From contig CAJUIO010000002.1 of assembly GCA_910586025.1 (NCBI GenBank), positions 5,951 to 69,950 on the forward strand: 64,000 nucleotides of DNA, read 5' to 3'. A program made the translations under genes and the position numbers. The stretch is from an uncultured Lachnospiraceae bacterium. GTDB lineage: Bacteria; Bacillota; Clostridia; Lachnospirales; Lachnospiraceae. This document shows, one piece after another, positions 49,668-60,385 of this stretch (its first letter is position 1; each line of letters starts with the position of its first letter). The notes beneath the pieces were generated by a model. It was given only the letters and a program-made list of their open reading frames with translations. It made no database searches and had not been told where the DNA came from.

Positions 49668-50559
49668 GGAAGAACAGAAGCGGAAAACGGAGAGAATAGA
49701 GGCGGTTATCGAGAAATACCTTCCGCGGCAGGAGGGTTTCCAGAAGACATTGATGGAGGCCATGAGCTACAGCGTGCGCTCAAAGGGCAAGAGGCTGCGC
49801 CCCATGCTCATGGAGGAGAGCTTCCGGCTCTTTGGCGGCAGCACGGAGGTGATCGAGCCCTTTATGGCGGCCCTGGAGATGATACACAATTATTCCCTGG
49901 TGCATGACGACCTGCCGGCCATGGATAATGACGAATACCGCAGAGGACGCAAAACCACCTGGGTGGAATACGGAGAGGGAATGGCGGTTCTTGCCGGGGA
50001 CGGCCTTTTGAATCTCGCCTTTGAGACGGCGGCGGGAGCCTTTCGGTTTGCATCCGATTTTGCCGCATCCGGCCGTATCGCACAGGCGCTGCAGATCCTG
50101 GGGAACAAGGCGGGAATCTTTGGAATGATAGGCGGGCAGACTGCGGATATCGAGGCGGAAAGCGGAGAGAGAGAGATGACACAGGAGCTTGTCTTGTTTA
50201 TTCACGAGAAGAAGACGGCGGCGCTGATCCAGGCGGCCATGATGATCGGGGCGGTTCTTGCGGGCGCATCAAAGGAAGCCGTGGACCGGATGGAAAAGGC
50301 GGCGGCAAACATCGGAATTGCCTTTCAGATTCAGGATGATATTCTGGATGTCACCAGCACCACGGAGATTCTTGGCAAGCCGGTGGGGAGCGATGAGAAG
50401 AACCATAAGCTCACATATGTGACCATGAACGGAATTGAGAAAGCGAAGGAAGAGGTAAGAAGGCTTTCGGAGGAAGCACTCGGAATTCTGAATTCCTTTG
50501 AGTATAAAAATGAATTTCTGTGTGAACTCGTGAGGTCACTGATCAACAGAGAAAAGTAG
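49657..50559 (+). CDS. ispA: Farnesyl/geranyl diphosphate synthase
   Basis: GKRLRP, LVHDDLPAMDND..RRG, GQ..D, FQIQDDILD. Confidence 0.94.
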   Translation: MNFREEQKRKTERIEAVIEKYLPRQEGFQKTLMEAMSYSVRSKGKRLRPMLMEESFRLFGGSTEVIEPFMAALEMIHNYSLVHDDLPAMDNDEYRRGRKTTWVEYGEGMAVLAGDGLLNLAFETAAGAFRFASDFAASGRIAQALQILGNKAGIFGMIGGQTADIEAESGEREMTQELVLFIHEKKTAALIQAAMMIGAVLAGASKEAVDRMEKAAANIGIAFQIQDDILDVTSTTEILGKPVGSDEKNHKLTYVTMNGIEKAKEEVRRLSEEALGILNSFEYKNEFLCELVRSLINREK

Positions 50560-50584
50560 ATGGGACAACCTAAGAAAAGAGGGT

Positions 50585-52474
50585 ATGAATATGCTGCTCG
50601 AAAATATCAATCAGGCCAATGATATCAAAAGTACGGCTCCGGAGGATTATCCGGCCCTGGCAGAGGAAATCCGTCAGTTCCTTATTCAAAAAATATCCAA
50701 AACAGGAGGGCATCTGGGCTCCAATCTGGGGGCGGTGGAGCTTACCATGGCTCTGCATCTTTCCTTCAACCTGCCGGAAGACAAGATCATCTGGGATGTG
50801 GGGCACCAGTCCTACACTCACAAGCTGCTCACCGGGCGGCGGGAAGGCTTTGAGATGCTCCGCAAATACGGAGGCATGAGCGGCTTTCCCAAGCGCAAGG
50901 AGAGCGACTGCGACTGCTTTGACACAGGCCACAGCTCGACCTCCATCTCCGCAGGGCTTGGCCTGGTGATGGCAAGAGAGCTTCAGGGTGCGAAGCACAG
51001 CGTCATCTCCGTGATCGGGGACGGCTCCCTCACGGGAGGGATGGCCTATGAGGCGCTGAACAATGCCGCAAAGCTGGAAACAAACTTTATCATTGTGCTG
51101 AATGACAATAACATGTCCATCTCCGAAAATGTGGGAGGAGTGTCGAAATATCTGAACAATATCCGCACGGCGGACGCTTATCTGGATATCAAGGAGGGGG
51201 TTTACAACACCCTGAAGGATATGCCTAGGTATGGCGGCAAGGTGGTGGAGGGCATCCGGAAGGCCAAGAGCAGCTTCAAGCATCTGGTGGTGCCCGGAAT
51301 GTTCTTTGAGGATATGGGAATCACCTATCTGGGACCTGTGGACGGCCACAATATTCCGGCCATGCTGCGGATGTTCCAGGAGGCAAAGCGAGTGCGGAAT
51401 GCGGTGATTGTCCATGTGATCACACAGAAGGGCAAGGGCTATGAGCCGGCGGAGCGCCACCCGGCCAGATTCCACGGGGCGGAGCCCTTTGACATCGAGA
51501 CCGGAATTCCGTCCAGGCCAAGGACGGTGGCCAACTATACGGATATCTTTTCCACGGTTATGACCAAGCTGGGAGCCAGGGATGAAAAGGTGGCTGCCAT
51601 TACGGCTGCCATGCCGGACGGGACAGGCCTTAAGCGGTTCCGCAACATGTATCCTGACCGTTTCTTTGACGTGGGAATAGCGGAGGAGCATGCGGTTACC
51701 TTTGCGGCCGGACTTGCGGCCGGGGGGTTAAAGCCGGTGGTTGCGGTCTATTCCTCCTTCCTGCAAAGGGCCTATGACCAGATTCTCCATGACGTGTGTA
51801 TTCAGAACCTGCCGGTGGTGTTTGCCGTTGACCGGGCGGGGCTTGTGGGAAGCGACGGGGAGACACATCAGGGAATTTTTGATCTGTCCTATCTTTCCTC
51901 CATTCCCAACATGCATATAATGGCTCCAAAAAACAAGTGGGAGCTTTCCGATATGATGAAATTCGCCCTTCAGCTGGGGAAACCCGCGGCCATCCGTTAT
52001 CCCAGGGGCGAGGCGTATGCGGGGCTTGCGCAGTACCGGGCTCCCATAGAGCTGGGAAAGGCGGAGGCGCTGTACCTTGAAAGCGGGATCTGCCTTTTGG
52101 CGGTGGGAAGCATGGTGAAGACAGCCGTGGAGGTGAGAGAGAGACTTTCCACCATGGGATATCCAAGCAGTCTCATCAACGCCAGGTTTGTGAAGCCCAT
52201 AGACGAGAATGCGGTGGCCTATGCGGCCAGGAACCACAGGCTTGTGGTCACAATGGAGGAAAATGTGGCAAGCGGCGGCTACGGGGAAAAGGTAAGGGCT
52301 TATCTTGACAGCCTTCATACACAGTGCCGGATGCTGCAGGTGGCGATTCCGGACGAGTATGTGGAGCATGGAAACGTGGAGCAGCTGAAAAAGGAAATCG
52401 GGATTGACGCAGCAGGGATTGCAGACAGAATTGGAACAGCTTATGAAAGAACGATTGGACATATTACTGGTTAA
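50585..52474 (+). CDS. dxs: 1-deoxy-D-xylulose-5-phosphate synthase
   Basis: GGHLGSNLG, WDVGHQ, GHSSTSIS, GDGS...G.AYEALN, DVGIAEEHA, DRAG. Confidence 0.97.
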   Translation: MNMLLENINQANDIKSTAPEDYPALAEEIRQFLIQKISKTGGHLGSNLGAVELTMALHLSFNLPEDKIIWDVGHQSYTHKLLTGRREGFEMLRKYGGMSGFPKRKESDCDCFDTGHSSTSISAGLGLVMARELQGAKHSVISVIGDGSLTGGMAYEALNNAAKLETNFIIVLNDNNMSISENVGGVSKYLNNIRTADAYLDIKEGVYNTLKDMPRYGGKVVEGIRKAKSSFKHLVVPGMFFEDMGITYLGPVDGHNIPAMLRMFQEAKRVRNAVIVHVITQKGKGYEPAERHPARFHGAEPFDIETGIPSRPRTVANYTDIFSTVMTKLGARDEKVAAITAAMPDGTGLKRFRNMYPDRFFDVGIAEEHAVTFAAGLAAGGLKPVVAVYSSFLQRAYDQILHDVCIQNLPVVFAVDRAGLVGSDGETHQGIFDLSYLSSIPNMHIMAPKNKWELSDMMKFALQLGKPAAIRYPRGEAYAGLAQYRAPIELGKAEALYLESGICLLAVGSMVKTAVEVRERLSTMGYPSSLINARFVKPIDENAVAYAARNHRLVVTMEENVASGGYGEKVRAYLDSLHTQCRMLQVAIPDEYVEHGNVEQLKKEIGIDAAGIADRIGTAYERTIGHITG

Positions 52475-53342
52475 GGAAGGGTATGCGGCCTCTCGGGAAA
52501 AGGCCAGAGCCATTATCATGGCGGGAAATGTCTTTGTGGACGGCCAGCGCGAAGATAAAGCGGGAACCGCCTTTAACCCTGACAGGGTAAAGCTTGAGGT
52601 GAGGGGCAGCACACTGCCGTATGTGAGCCGTGGAGGCTTAAAGCTCGAGAAGGCGGTGAAGCAGTTTGAGCTTGTCCTGACAGACAGAATCTGTATGGAT
52701 ATCGGGGCATCCACGGGAGGATTTACAGACTGTATGCTGCAAAACGGAGCCAGGAAGGTTTATTCCGTGGACGTGGGACATGGGCAGCTGGACTGGAAGC
52801 TGCGCAGTGACGACAGGGTCGTGTGTATGGAAAAAACAAATTTCCGATATATGAAGCCGGGAGATATTGAGGATATGCTATCCTTTGCGTCCGTAGATGT
52901 TTCCTTTATTTCCCTGACCAAAATTCTGCTGCCCGCAAGGGAGCTGCTGGAGGATAGGGGACAGATGGTCTGCCTGATCAAGCCGCAGTTTGAGGCGGGA
53001 AGGGAAAAGGTCGGAAAAAAGGGCGTGGTGAAGGATCCTCTCGTTCACCGGGAGGTAATAGGAAAGGTGATGGATTTTGCGGATTTTATCGGGTTTGAAA
53101 TCCTCCATCTGGATTTTTCACCTGTCAAGGGCCCTGAGGGAAACATTGAATATCTGCTGCACCTTGAAAAGTCTTCCGGGCGGGCGCTTGAAACCGTGTC
53201 TGTCACGGAAGCCGAAGCGGAAAAGGAACTGAAGAATATTACAGAGGAAAAGAGAGGATATTCTTCATCAGATGAGATGCGGAATATCATATCCCGGACG
53301 GTGACTCTTGCCCATGCGGAACTGAAAGCGGGAGATTCATAA
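52443..53342 (+). CDS. tlyA: TlyA-family rRNA methyltransferase
   Basis: S4 domain RLD, YVSRGG.KL, DIGASTGGFTD, DVSFIS, IKPQFE, GNIEY. Confidence 0.95.
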   Translation: MKERLDILLVKEGYAASREKARAIIMAGNVFVDGQREDKAGTAFNPDRVKLEVRGSTLPYVSRGGLKLEKAVKQFELVLTDRICMDIGASTGGFTDCMLQNGARKVYSVDVGHGQLDWKLRSDDRVVCMEKTNFRYMKPGDIEDMLSFASVDVSFISLTKILLPARELLEDRGQMVCLIKPQFEAGREKVGKKGVVKDPLVHREVIGKVMDFADFIGFEILHLDFSPVKGPEGNIEYLLHLEKSSGRALETVSVTEAEAEKELKNITEEKRGYSSSDEMRNIISRTVTLAHAELKAGDS

Positions 53343-54208
53343 TGGAGCATTTTTATATCATAACCAACGAAACGAAGGATCCGGACTTTGAGATTACATA
53401 CCGAATCCGGGACTATCTGTTAAAGTGCGGTAAGAAATGCAGTATCCGGGAGCAGGTCCGCGAGAAGCGGGGAAAGATTTACACCGACAGTAATATGCTG
53501 AAGGAGGATGTGGACTGTGTGCTTGTGCTTGGAGGGGACGGAACGCTCCTGCAGGCTGCCGCCGACCTGGCCGACCTATCCGTCCCCTTTCTGGGAATAA
53601 ACCTGGGAACCCTGGGGTTTCTTGCTGAGGTTAACAAGGATGACATGGAGGAAGCCTTTTCAAAGCTTCTTGCGGGCGAATACGAGATCGAAAACAGAAT
53701 GATGCTTTACGGCTGCTGTTATCGTCCGGGGGAAGATGGTGAGATGGATAATGCCAGGGCGCTGAATGACATTGTCATCACCAGAAAGGGCTCCCTGCAG
53801 ATCATTACCTTTGCCATCAGCGTTAACGGGCAGTTTCTGCACAGATACAGCGCCGACGGAATCATCGTGGCTACGCCGACCGGTTCCACCGGCTATAATC
53901 TTTCCGCGGGAGGCCCGGTGGTGGATCCCAAGGCGCAGCTTATGGTGGCTACACCGATCTGTCCGCACTCCATGCAGCACAGAAGCATTGTGCTCTCACC
54001 CGAGGACGAGATAACTATTTTGATCGAGACGGGGCATGACGGGAGCAGGCAGGAGGTGGAGGCTATCTTTGACGGAAGCCACAGGGTCACGCTTCGAACG
54101 GGCGATAGGATCGTGATACGCAGATCCGACAAGACCACGGGGATCGTGAAGCTGAACAGGGTAAGCTTTCTGGAAATTTTGAACAGAAAAATGCTGGATG
54201 GAAAATAA
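53342..54208 (+). CDS. nadK: NAD(+) kinase
   Basis: LGGDGT, GINLGTLGFL, ALND, DG..VATPTGSTGY.LSAGGP. Confidence 0.96.
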   Translation: MEHFYIITNETKDPDFEITYRIRDYLLKCGKKCSIREQVREKRGKIYTDSNMLKEDVDCVLVLGGDGTLLQAAADLADLSVPFLGINLGTLGFLAEVNKDDMEEAFSKLLAGEYEIENRMMLYGCCYRPGEDGEMDNARALNDIVITRKGSLQIITFAISVNGQFLHRYSADGIIVATPTGSTGYNLSAGGPVVDPKAQLMVATPICPHSMQHRSIVLSPEDEITILIETGHDGSRQEVEAIFDGSHRVTLRTGDRIVIRRSDKTTGIVKLNRVSFLEILNRKMLDGK

Positions 54209-54231
54209 GCGCGTTACAGGATGGAAAGGAA

Positions 54232-54684
54232 ATGAAGAAGAGCAGACATCAGAAAATAAAGGAACTGGTTGAGAGATATGAGATTGAAACCCAGGAGGAG
54301 CTGGCGGACCGTCTCAGGGAAGCGGGCTGCCAGGTGACTCAGGCCACGGTTTCCCGGGATATCCGGGAGCTCAAGCTGTCCAAAATTCCTACCGGGGAGG
54401 GAAGGCAGCGTTATACGGTGCTGGTTCACAGCGACCACTATCTGAGCGACAAGTATATCCGGGTTCTGAAGGACGGCTTTGTCTCCATGGATATGGCGCA
54501 GAATATTCTGGTGGTAAAGACCGTATCCGGAATGGCAATGGCTGTCGCGGCCGCTATAGATGCCATGAAGCTGAAGGAAATCGTGGGTTCCATAGCAGGG
54601 GACGACACGATTATGATGGCGGTTCGGACTGTGGAGGATACGGAAACCGTAATGGAAAAGATCCGAAGCGTATTGGAGGAATAG
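54232..54684 (+). CDS. argR: Arginine repressor
   Basis: TQEEL, TQATVSRDI.EL, IAGDDT. Confidence 0.96.
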   Translation: MKKSRHQKIKELVERYEIETQEELADRLREAGCQVTQATVSRDIRELKLSKIPTGEGRQRYTVLVHSDHYLSDKYIRVLKDGFVSMDMAQNILVVKTVSGMAMAVAAAIDAMKLKEIVGSIAGDDTIMMAVRTVEDTETVMEKIRSVLEE

Positions 54685-54686
54685 GA

Positions 54687-56369
54687 ATGCTTGAAAGCTT
54701 ACACGTGAAAAATTTGGCCCTGATCGATGAGGCGGAGGTTGATTTCGGCCGGGGGCTCAATATACTGACGGGAGAGACGGGAGCGGGTAAATCCATTATT
54801 ATCGGTTCTATCAATCTGGCGCTGGGAGCCAAGGCGGATAAGGAATATATCAGGACAGGTGCGGAGTACGCCTTGGTTGAGCTGGTATTTTCCCTGAATG
54901 AGGCACAGCAAAAAGTACTTTCAGATATGGAACTACCTCTGGAAGAAGACGGCACTCTGATCCTTCAAAGGAAGGTAATGCCGGCAAGAAGCGTCTGCAG
55001 GATAAACGGGGAGAGTGTGAGCATGAGTCAGCTGAAGCTCCTCTCCGGATATCTTCTGGATATGTACGGACAGCATGAGCATCAGTCCCTGCTGCGGGTA
55101 TCCAGGCACCGGGAGCTGCTGGACGGCTATGCGGGAAGCCGGATGGAGGAAAAGAAAAACCGGCAGAGACTGCTTTACAGGGAGTACAGACAGCTCCAGG
55201 AGGAGTTTGAGACTAACTGTCTTGACGAGAGCGGCAGGGCAAGAGAGATGGATCTGCTCTCTTTTGAGGTGAACGAGATCCAGGCGGCGTCTCTGATCCC
55301 CGGCGAGGACGAGCAGCTTGAAAATATTTTTCGAAAGATGTCGAACGCAAGAAGGATCAGGGAATCGGTTTATATTGCCCACGCACTGACAGGCTATGAG
55401 GAGGAGGGATGTGCCGGTGAGGCTCTCGGGCGTGCCATCCGGGAGCTGAGAGGAGTGAGCGGCTATGACGGAGAGCTCGAGCAGCTTCTTTCCCAGCTTA
55501 TGGATCTCGACGGACTCCTTGGCGACTTTAACCGTTCTGCTGCCGATTATATGGAGAGCCTGGAATTTGATGAGGAAGAATTTGCCAAGACACAGGAGCG
55601 TCTCGACATTCTGAATCATCTCAAAAATAAATACGGTGCCTCCATAGAGGAGATTCTGAGCCTTCTGGAAGAGAAGCAGCAGCGTCTCCTGCAGCTCGAG
55701 AGCTATGAGACATATCGAAACGAGCTGGAAGAAAAGCTTCGGAAGGAAGAGGAGCAGATGCTTTTCCTGTGTCAGGAGATTTCCGCGCTGCGCACCAAGG
55801 CCGCGGCAAAGCTTTCCAAAAAGCTTACCTCGGCAATGGTGGATCTGAATTTCATAGACGTGGATTTTTCCATTGAAGTCACGCCGCAGGAGGATAAGAT
55901 TTCGGAGGATGGGTACGATAAAATTGAATTTCTGATTTCAACGAATCCGGGCGAGACGAAAAAGCCCTTGCAGCAGGTGGCCAGCGGCGGTGAGCTTTCC
56001 CGAATCATGCTGGCGTTCAAGAGCGTGCTGGCGGACGAGGACGGAACCGATACGCTTATTTTTGACGAGATCGACACGGGAATCAGCGGAAAGACCGCCT
56101 GGAAGGTTGCGGAAAAGCTGGGGCGGCTCTCCGGAAACCATCAGATTATCTGCATCACCCACCTTCCGCAGATAGCGGCAATGGCGGACTCTCATTACCT
56201 GATTGAAAAGAAGGTGAAGAAGGAGCGGACGGTGACGGGGATAGAGACGCTCTCCGAGGAGCAAAGCCTGAATGAGCTTGCAAGGCTGTTGGGAAGCGGG
56301 AGCGTGACGGAGGCCGTGCTCACCAATGCCAGGGAGATGAAGGAGCTTGCCGGAAAATCAAAGCAATAG
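54687..56369 (+). CDS. recN: DNA repair protein RecN
   Basis: TGETGAGKS, GQHEHQ, ASGGELSR, FDEIDTG.SG, THLPQ.A. Confidence 0.97.
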   Translation: MLESLHVKNLALIDEAEVDFGRGLNILTGETGAGKSIIIGSINLALGAKADKEYIRTGAEYALVELVFSLNEAQQKVLSDMELPLEEDGTLILQRKVMPARSVCRINGESVSMSQLKLLSGYLLDMYGQHEHQSLLRVSRHRELLDGYAGSRMEEKKNRQRLLYREYRQLQEEFETNCLDESGRAREMDLLSFEVNEIQAASLIPGEDEQLENIFRKMSNARRIRESVYIAHALTGYEEEGCAGEALGRAIRELRGVSGYDGELEQLLSQLMDLDGLLGDFNRSAADYMESLEFDEEEFAKTQERLDILNHLKNKYGASIEEILSLLEEKQQRLLQLESYETYRNELEEKLRKEEEQMLFLCQEISALRTKAAAKLSKKLTSAMVDLNFIDVDFSIEVTPQEDKISEDGYDKIEFLISTNPGETKKPLQQVASGGELSRIMLAFKSVLADEDGTDTLIFDEIDTGISGKTAWKVAEKLGRLSGNHQIICITHLPQIAAMADSHYLIEKKVKKERTVTGIETLSEEQSLNELARLLGSGSVTEAVLTNAREMKELAGKSKQ

Positions 56370-56406
56370 AAACATTTGGAAAATTAAAATAAAGAGTTTT
56401 TCACAT

Positions 56407-56443
56407 ACTAAAAGGGACATGCGGTCTGTATGTCTCTTTTAGT
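56407..56443 (+). terminator. Hairpin/terminator after recN
   Basis: ACTAAAAGGGACATGC-GGTCT-GTATGTCTCTTTTAGT, 16-bp stem with two G-U pairs. Confidence 0.7.
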
Positions 56444-56464
56444 TTACGTAAAGGATGTGAAAAC

Positions 56465-57766
56465 TTGAACCAATTAGAAGAAGCCGGATCACATAAAGTG
56501 GCTGTTTACAGGAAAATTTTATATGTATTGCTATTTGGCGGTTCGCTGGCCACCCTGCTTTCTTTTTACTTTTATATGTGGAAAAGCATCCCCTCCACCA
56601 TCATGGTGAAGGCCGGAGTGGAACAGGAGCTGAACATCAACATTCCGGCATCGGGCCGGCTGTACCGGGATGCCGTGGAAGCGAGCGGACAGGCCAAAAA
56701 CCCTCTGGAAAACAAAAGCATTGAGATTGATTTCAGTGCTCCGGTCACCGTGAGGGCAAACCAGATTGATACTTACAAGCTTCAGGTAAAGCTGTTTGGA
56801 GTCATTCCCCTTAAGGACGTGGATGTGGAGGTGATACAGGATGTCCGCCTGAAGCCGGCGGGGATCCCGATCGGCATCTATGTAAAGACACAGGGGGTGC
56901 TGGTGGTGGGGATCGGCGAGTTTGAGGGTGAGGACGGACAGACCTGCCATCCCGCAAAATATATCCTGAAGGCGGGAGACTATATTCTGGAAATGAATGA
57001 TGAAAAGATCACGGGCAAAAAGCAGCTGATAGAGAAAATCAGCCATCTGGAGGGCCAGGAGGTGGTCTTTAAGGTCCGCAGGGGAGATGCGGTATTCGAG
57101 GTGATGCTAAAGCCCCAGATGAACCAGACGGGGGAATATAAGGTGGGAATCTGGGTCAGGGACAACGCACAGGGAGTCGGAACCATGACCTATATTGACG
57201 AGAGAGGATGCTTTGGCGCACTGGGACACGGGATCAATGACGTGGATACCAGTACGCTTATGATGCTGGGAAGCGGCACCCTGTATCACACGGAGATTAT
57301 CGGAATCACCAGGGGCAGTAACGGCTCTCCCGGAGAACTCACAGGCTTTATCGAATATGACGACAGGAATGTCATGGGATCCATCACGGAAAATACGCCC
57401 AGGGGAATTTTCGGATTCTGCTCGGCTGAAACTGCGTCAGAAACCAGGTATGACTATCTGCCTATCGGTCTCAAACAGGAAATAGAGAAGGGACCGGCCC
57501 AGATCATCTGCTCCCTGGGGGAGGGTACGGAGGCTTATGATGTGGAAATCATAGATATCAATCTGGATAATGATAATATAAACCGAGGGATTGTGCTGAA
57601 AATAACGGATGAAAAGCTTCTGTGTGCAACGGGCGGAATCGTGCAGGGGATGAGCGGAAGTCCGATTATCCAGAACGGAAAAATTATAGGAGCCGTAACC
57701 CATGTGCTGGTGCAGGATTCCACCAGGGGGTATGGGATCTTTATCGAGAGTATGCTGACGCACTGA
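56465..57766 (+). CDS. spoIVB: SpoIVB serine peptidase (PDZ + S55)
   Basis: LFG.IP.K, PDZ region, GIWVRD..QG.GT.T, ALGH, GGIVQGMSGSPIIQNGK..GAVTHV. Confidence 0.96.
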   Translation: MNQLEEAGSHKVAVYRKILYVLLFGGSLATLLSFYFYMWKSIPSTIMVKAGVEQELNINIPASGRLYRDAVEASGQAKNPLENKSIEIDFSAPVTVRANQIDTYKLQVKLFGVIPLKDVDVEVIQDVRLKPAGIPIGIYVKTQGVLVVGIGEFEGEDGQTCHPAKYILKAGDYILEMNDEKITGKKQLIEKISHLEGQEVVFKVRRGDAVFEVMLKPQMNQTGEYKVGIWVRDNAQGVGTMTYIDERGCFGALGHGINDVDTSTLMMLGSGTLYHTEIIGITRGSNGSPGELTGFIEYDDRNVMGSITENTPRGIFGFCSAETASETRYDYLPIGLKQEIEKGPAQIICSLGEGTEAYDVEIIDINLDNDNINRGIVLKITDEKLLCATGGIVQGMSGSPIIQNGKIIGAVTHVLVQDSTRGYGIFIESMLTH

Positions 57767-57795
57767 TTGACTTTTTCCTTCTTTTTTATTATCAT
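57767..57795 (+). promoter_or_regulatory. SigA-type promoter for flavodiiron gene
   Basis: TTGACT-17 nt-TATCAT beginning right after the spoIVB stop. Confidence 0.6.
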
Positions 57796-57831
57796 AAATA
57801 AGGAAATTGTTCAGAAAGGGGCGTAATTGAC

Positions 57832-58980
57832 ATGAATGTTACAAAAGATGTAGTGTATGCGGGTGTGGAGGACAATGAGATCGAGCTTTTTGAATCTCAA
57901 TATGAAGTGCCCGACGGTGTGACCTACAATTCTTATGTGATTTTTGATGAGAAGATAGCCGTGATGGATACGGTGGACGGAAGAAAAACAGGGGAATGGA
58001 TAGAGAAGCTGCGGGGGATTCTCGGAGCAGCGAAGCCGGATTTTCTGGTGATCTCCCATGTGGAGCCGGATCATGCGGGCAGCGTGGACGCATTTCTGGA
58101 GGCCTATCCGGAGACGGAGGTGGTGGGAAACGCCAAGACCTTCCAGTTTCTCTCACAGTTCTTTCCCCAATGGAGGGAGCGGATCCGCAAGGTGACGGTT
58201 GCGGAGGGCGAGGTGCTGACTCTTGGAAAACACAGTCTGCAGTTTTTTATGGCTCCTATGGTTCACTGGCCGGAGGTCATGGTGTCCTATGAAAGGACAG
58301 ACAGAATCCTTTTCTCCGCGGACGGCTTTGGCACCTTCGGCACCGACTGCCTGCCTGAGGACTGGGCGTGCGAGGCAAGGCGCTACTACGTGAACATCGT
58401 GGGAAAGTACGGAGCCATGGTGCAGACGCTCCTGAAAAAGGCCGGTGCACTGGACATCGGGATTATCTGTCCCCTGCATGGCCCCGTCCTGAATCAGAAT
58501 CTCGGATATTATCTTGAGAAATACGATATCTGGAGCAGCTACAGGCCGGAGGATAAAGGCGTTCTGGTTGCCTACGCTTCCATTCACGGACACACGGCAA
58601 AGGCGGCGAGAAGGGCCGCAGAGCTCCTTGCGGAAAAGGGAGAGAAGGTGGAGATCTACGACCTTGCAAGAGACGACATGTCGGAGGCGGTGGAGGGCGC
58701 ATTCCGCTATGACAGGATGCTGCTTGCAAGCGCTACCTATGACGGCGGGCTTTTCCCCTGTATGGAGGATTTCCTGGCTCATCTTAAGAGCAAGGCATAT
58801 CAGAAGAGAACGGTTGCGCTTATGGAGAACGGGACCTGGGCTCCCATGGCCGCAAAATGCATGAGACAGGCTCTGGAGGGAATGAAGGAGGTCACGGTTC
58901 TTCCAGATGTGGTTTCCATCAAGTCGGCACCGGATGAGAATACCTGGGAGGAGCTGGCAAAGCTGGTAGGAAAGCTGTAA
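57832..58980 (+). CDS. fprA: Class A flavodiiron protein (FprA family)
   Basis: TYNSY, diiron ligands HVEPDH, HWPE, SAD.FG, PLHG; C-terminal flavodoxin domain. Confidence 0.92.
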   Translation: MNVTKDVVYAGVEDNEIELFESQYEVPDGVTYNSYVIFDEKIAVMDTVDGRKTGEWIEKLRGILGAAKPDFLVISHVEPDHAGSVDAFLEAYPETEVVGNAKTFQFLSQFFPQWRERIRKVTVAEGEVLTLGKHSLQFFMAPMVHWPEVMVSYERTDRILFSADGFGTFGTDCLPEDWACEARRYYVNIVGKYGAMVQTLLKKAGALDIGIICPLHGPVLNQNLGYYLEKYDIWSSYRPEDKGVLVAYASIHGHTAKAARRAAELLAEKGEKVEIYDLARDDMSEAVEGAFRYDRMLLASATYDGGLFPCMEDFLAHLKSKAYQKRTVALMENGTWAPMAAKCMRQALEGMKEVTVLPDVVSIKSAPDENTWEELAKLVGKL

Positions 58981-59068
58981 GGACCAATCATTGAGGCAGA
59001 GAATAAATTACCGCCAAAGGCGCAGAATAAGTATGAAAAATACTTGAGCGCAGGAGGCGGTAATTTTT

Positions 59069-60385
59069 ATGGATTCTATTTGGAGGCAGAATGTGGAGCT
59101 GCCCCGGTTCCGGGCATTGGAGGGAAGCGTAAGGACGGATGTGCTGATCATTGGAGGAGGGCTTGCGGGGATTCTGTGCGCCTGCCTCCTGCAGAGGGAA
59201 GGTGTGGATTATCTGCTTGCGGAGGGCGGGAGAATCTGCGGGGGAAACACAGGAAGGACCACGGCCAAGATCACGGCCCAGCACGGCCTTATCTATGACA
59301 GGCTAATCCGGACAGTGGGGGAAGAGAAGGCGGGACTCTATCTGGAAGCCCAGCAAGGAGCGGTGGAAAGGTATTATGAGCTTTGCGGCTCCATAGACTG
59401 TGACTTTGAGGAAAAAACCTCCTTTGTCTATTCACTTGCGGATCGGGAAAAGCTGGAGAAAGAGGCAAAAGCGCTGTGCCGGATCGGAGGAAAGCCCGTG
59501 ATGGCGCAGACACAGGAGCTTCCGTTTCCCACTGCGGGGGCTGTGGGAATGGAGAGACAGGCACAGTTCCACCCTCTCAAATTTGTCTCCGCAGTGGCAG
59601 GGGATCTGCGGATTTGCGAGGATACCTATGTGAGAGAGCTGAAAGAAAAGAGGGCCGTCACAGACAGAGGGGAAATAGGCTTTGAGAAGCTGATCATCGC
59701 CACGCATTTTCCTATGGATAATAAGCACGGCATGTATTTTCTCAAGCTGTACCAGCATCGCTCCTATGTGACCGCAATGAAGCATGCGGCACCCATGGAG
59801 GGAATGTATGTGGATGAGGCGAAAGGCGGCCTGTCGTTCCGCAGCTACGGAGAATATCTTCTCCTTGGGGGAGGCGGGGGAAGAACCGGGAAAAAGTGCG
59901 GCGGATGGCAGGAGCTCAGAGATTTTGCCGGGAAATATTATCCGGGAGCACAGGAGAATTATTGCTGGGCGGCTCAGGATACCATGTCGCTGGACGGTAT
60001 TCCCTATATCGGACGCTATTCCCCGGGCATGCCGGACTGCTTTGTGGCAGCGGGCTTTAACAAGTGGGGAATTACCTCCTCCATGGTATCGGCCATGCTT
60101 CTGACCGATCTGGTGAGTGAAAGAAAAAGCCCATACGAGGAGCTTTTTTCTCCCGGCAGAAGTATGCTGAGGCCTCAGCTTCTGGATAACGGCTTCGAGG
60201 CCGTCATGAGCATGCTTACACTGTCGGGAAAGAGATGTCCTCATATGGGCTGTGCCCTGAAATGGAATCCGGCGGAGCATTCCTTTGACTGTCCCTGCCA
60301 CGGCTCCCGTTTTGATCAGGACGGAGGGCTCCTGGATAACCCCGCTTCCGGTGATCTAAAAGTTCAGGGAAAGGGTGTGCTCTAG
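59069..60385 (+). CDS. FAD-dependent oxidoreductase with C-terminal Rieske [2Fe-2S] domain (YhfW-like)
   Basis: [27 protein letters not shown], Rieske CPHMGC...CPCHGSRF. Confidence 0.92.
   Translation: MDSIWRQNVELPRFRALEGSVRTDVLIIGGGLAGILCACLLQREGVDYLLAEGGRICGGNTGRTTAKITAQHGLIYDRLIRTVGEEKAGLYLEAQQGAVERYYELCGSIDCDFEEKTSFVYSLADREKLEKEAKALCRIGGKPVMAQTQELPFPTAGAVGMERQAQFHPLKFVSAVAGDLRICEDTYVRELKEKRAVTDRGEIGFEKLIIATHFPMDNKHGMYFLKLYQHRSYVTAMKHAAPMEGMYVDEAKGGLSFRSYGEYLLLGGGGGRTGKKCGGWQELRDFAGKYYPGAQENYCWAAQDTMSLDGIPYIGRYSPGMPDCFVAAGFNKWGITSSMVSAMLLTDLVSERKSPYEELFSPGRSMLRPQLLDNGFEAVMSMLTLSGKRCPHMGCALKWNPAEHSFDCPCHGSRFDQDGGLLDNPASGDLKVQGKGVL

Noticed and set aside
57786..57800. PerR/Fur-like box over the fprA -10
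   Set aside because: Four mismatches to TTATAATNATTATAA in AT-rich DNA; biologically plausible but too weak.
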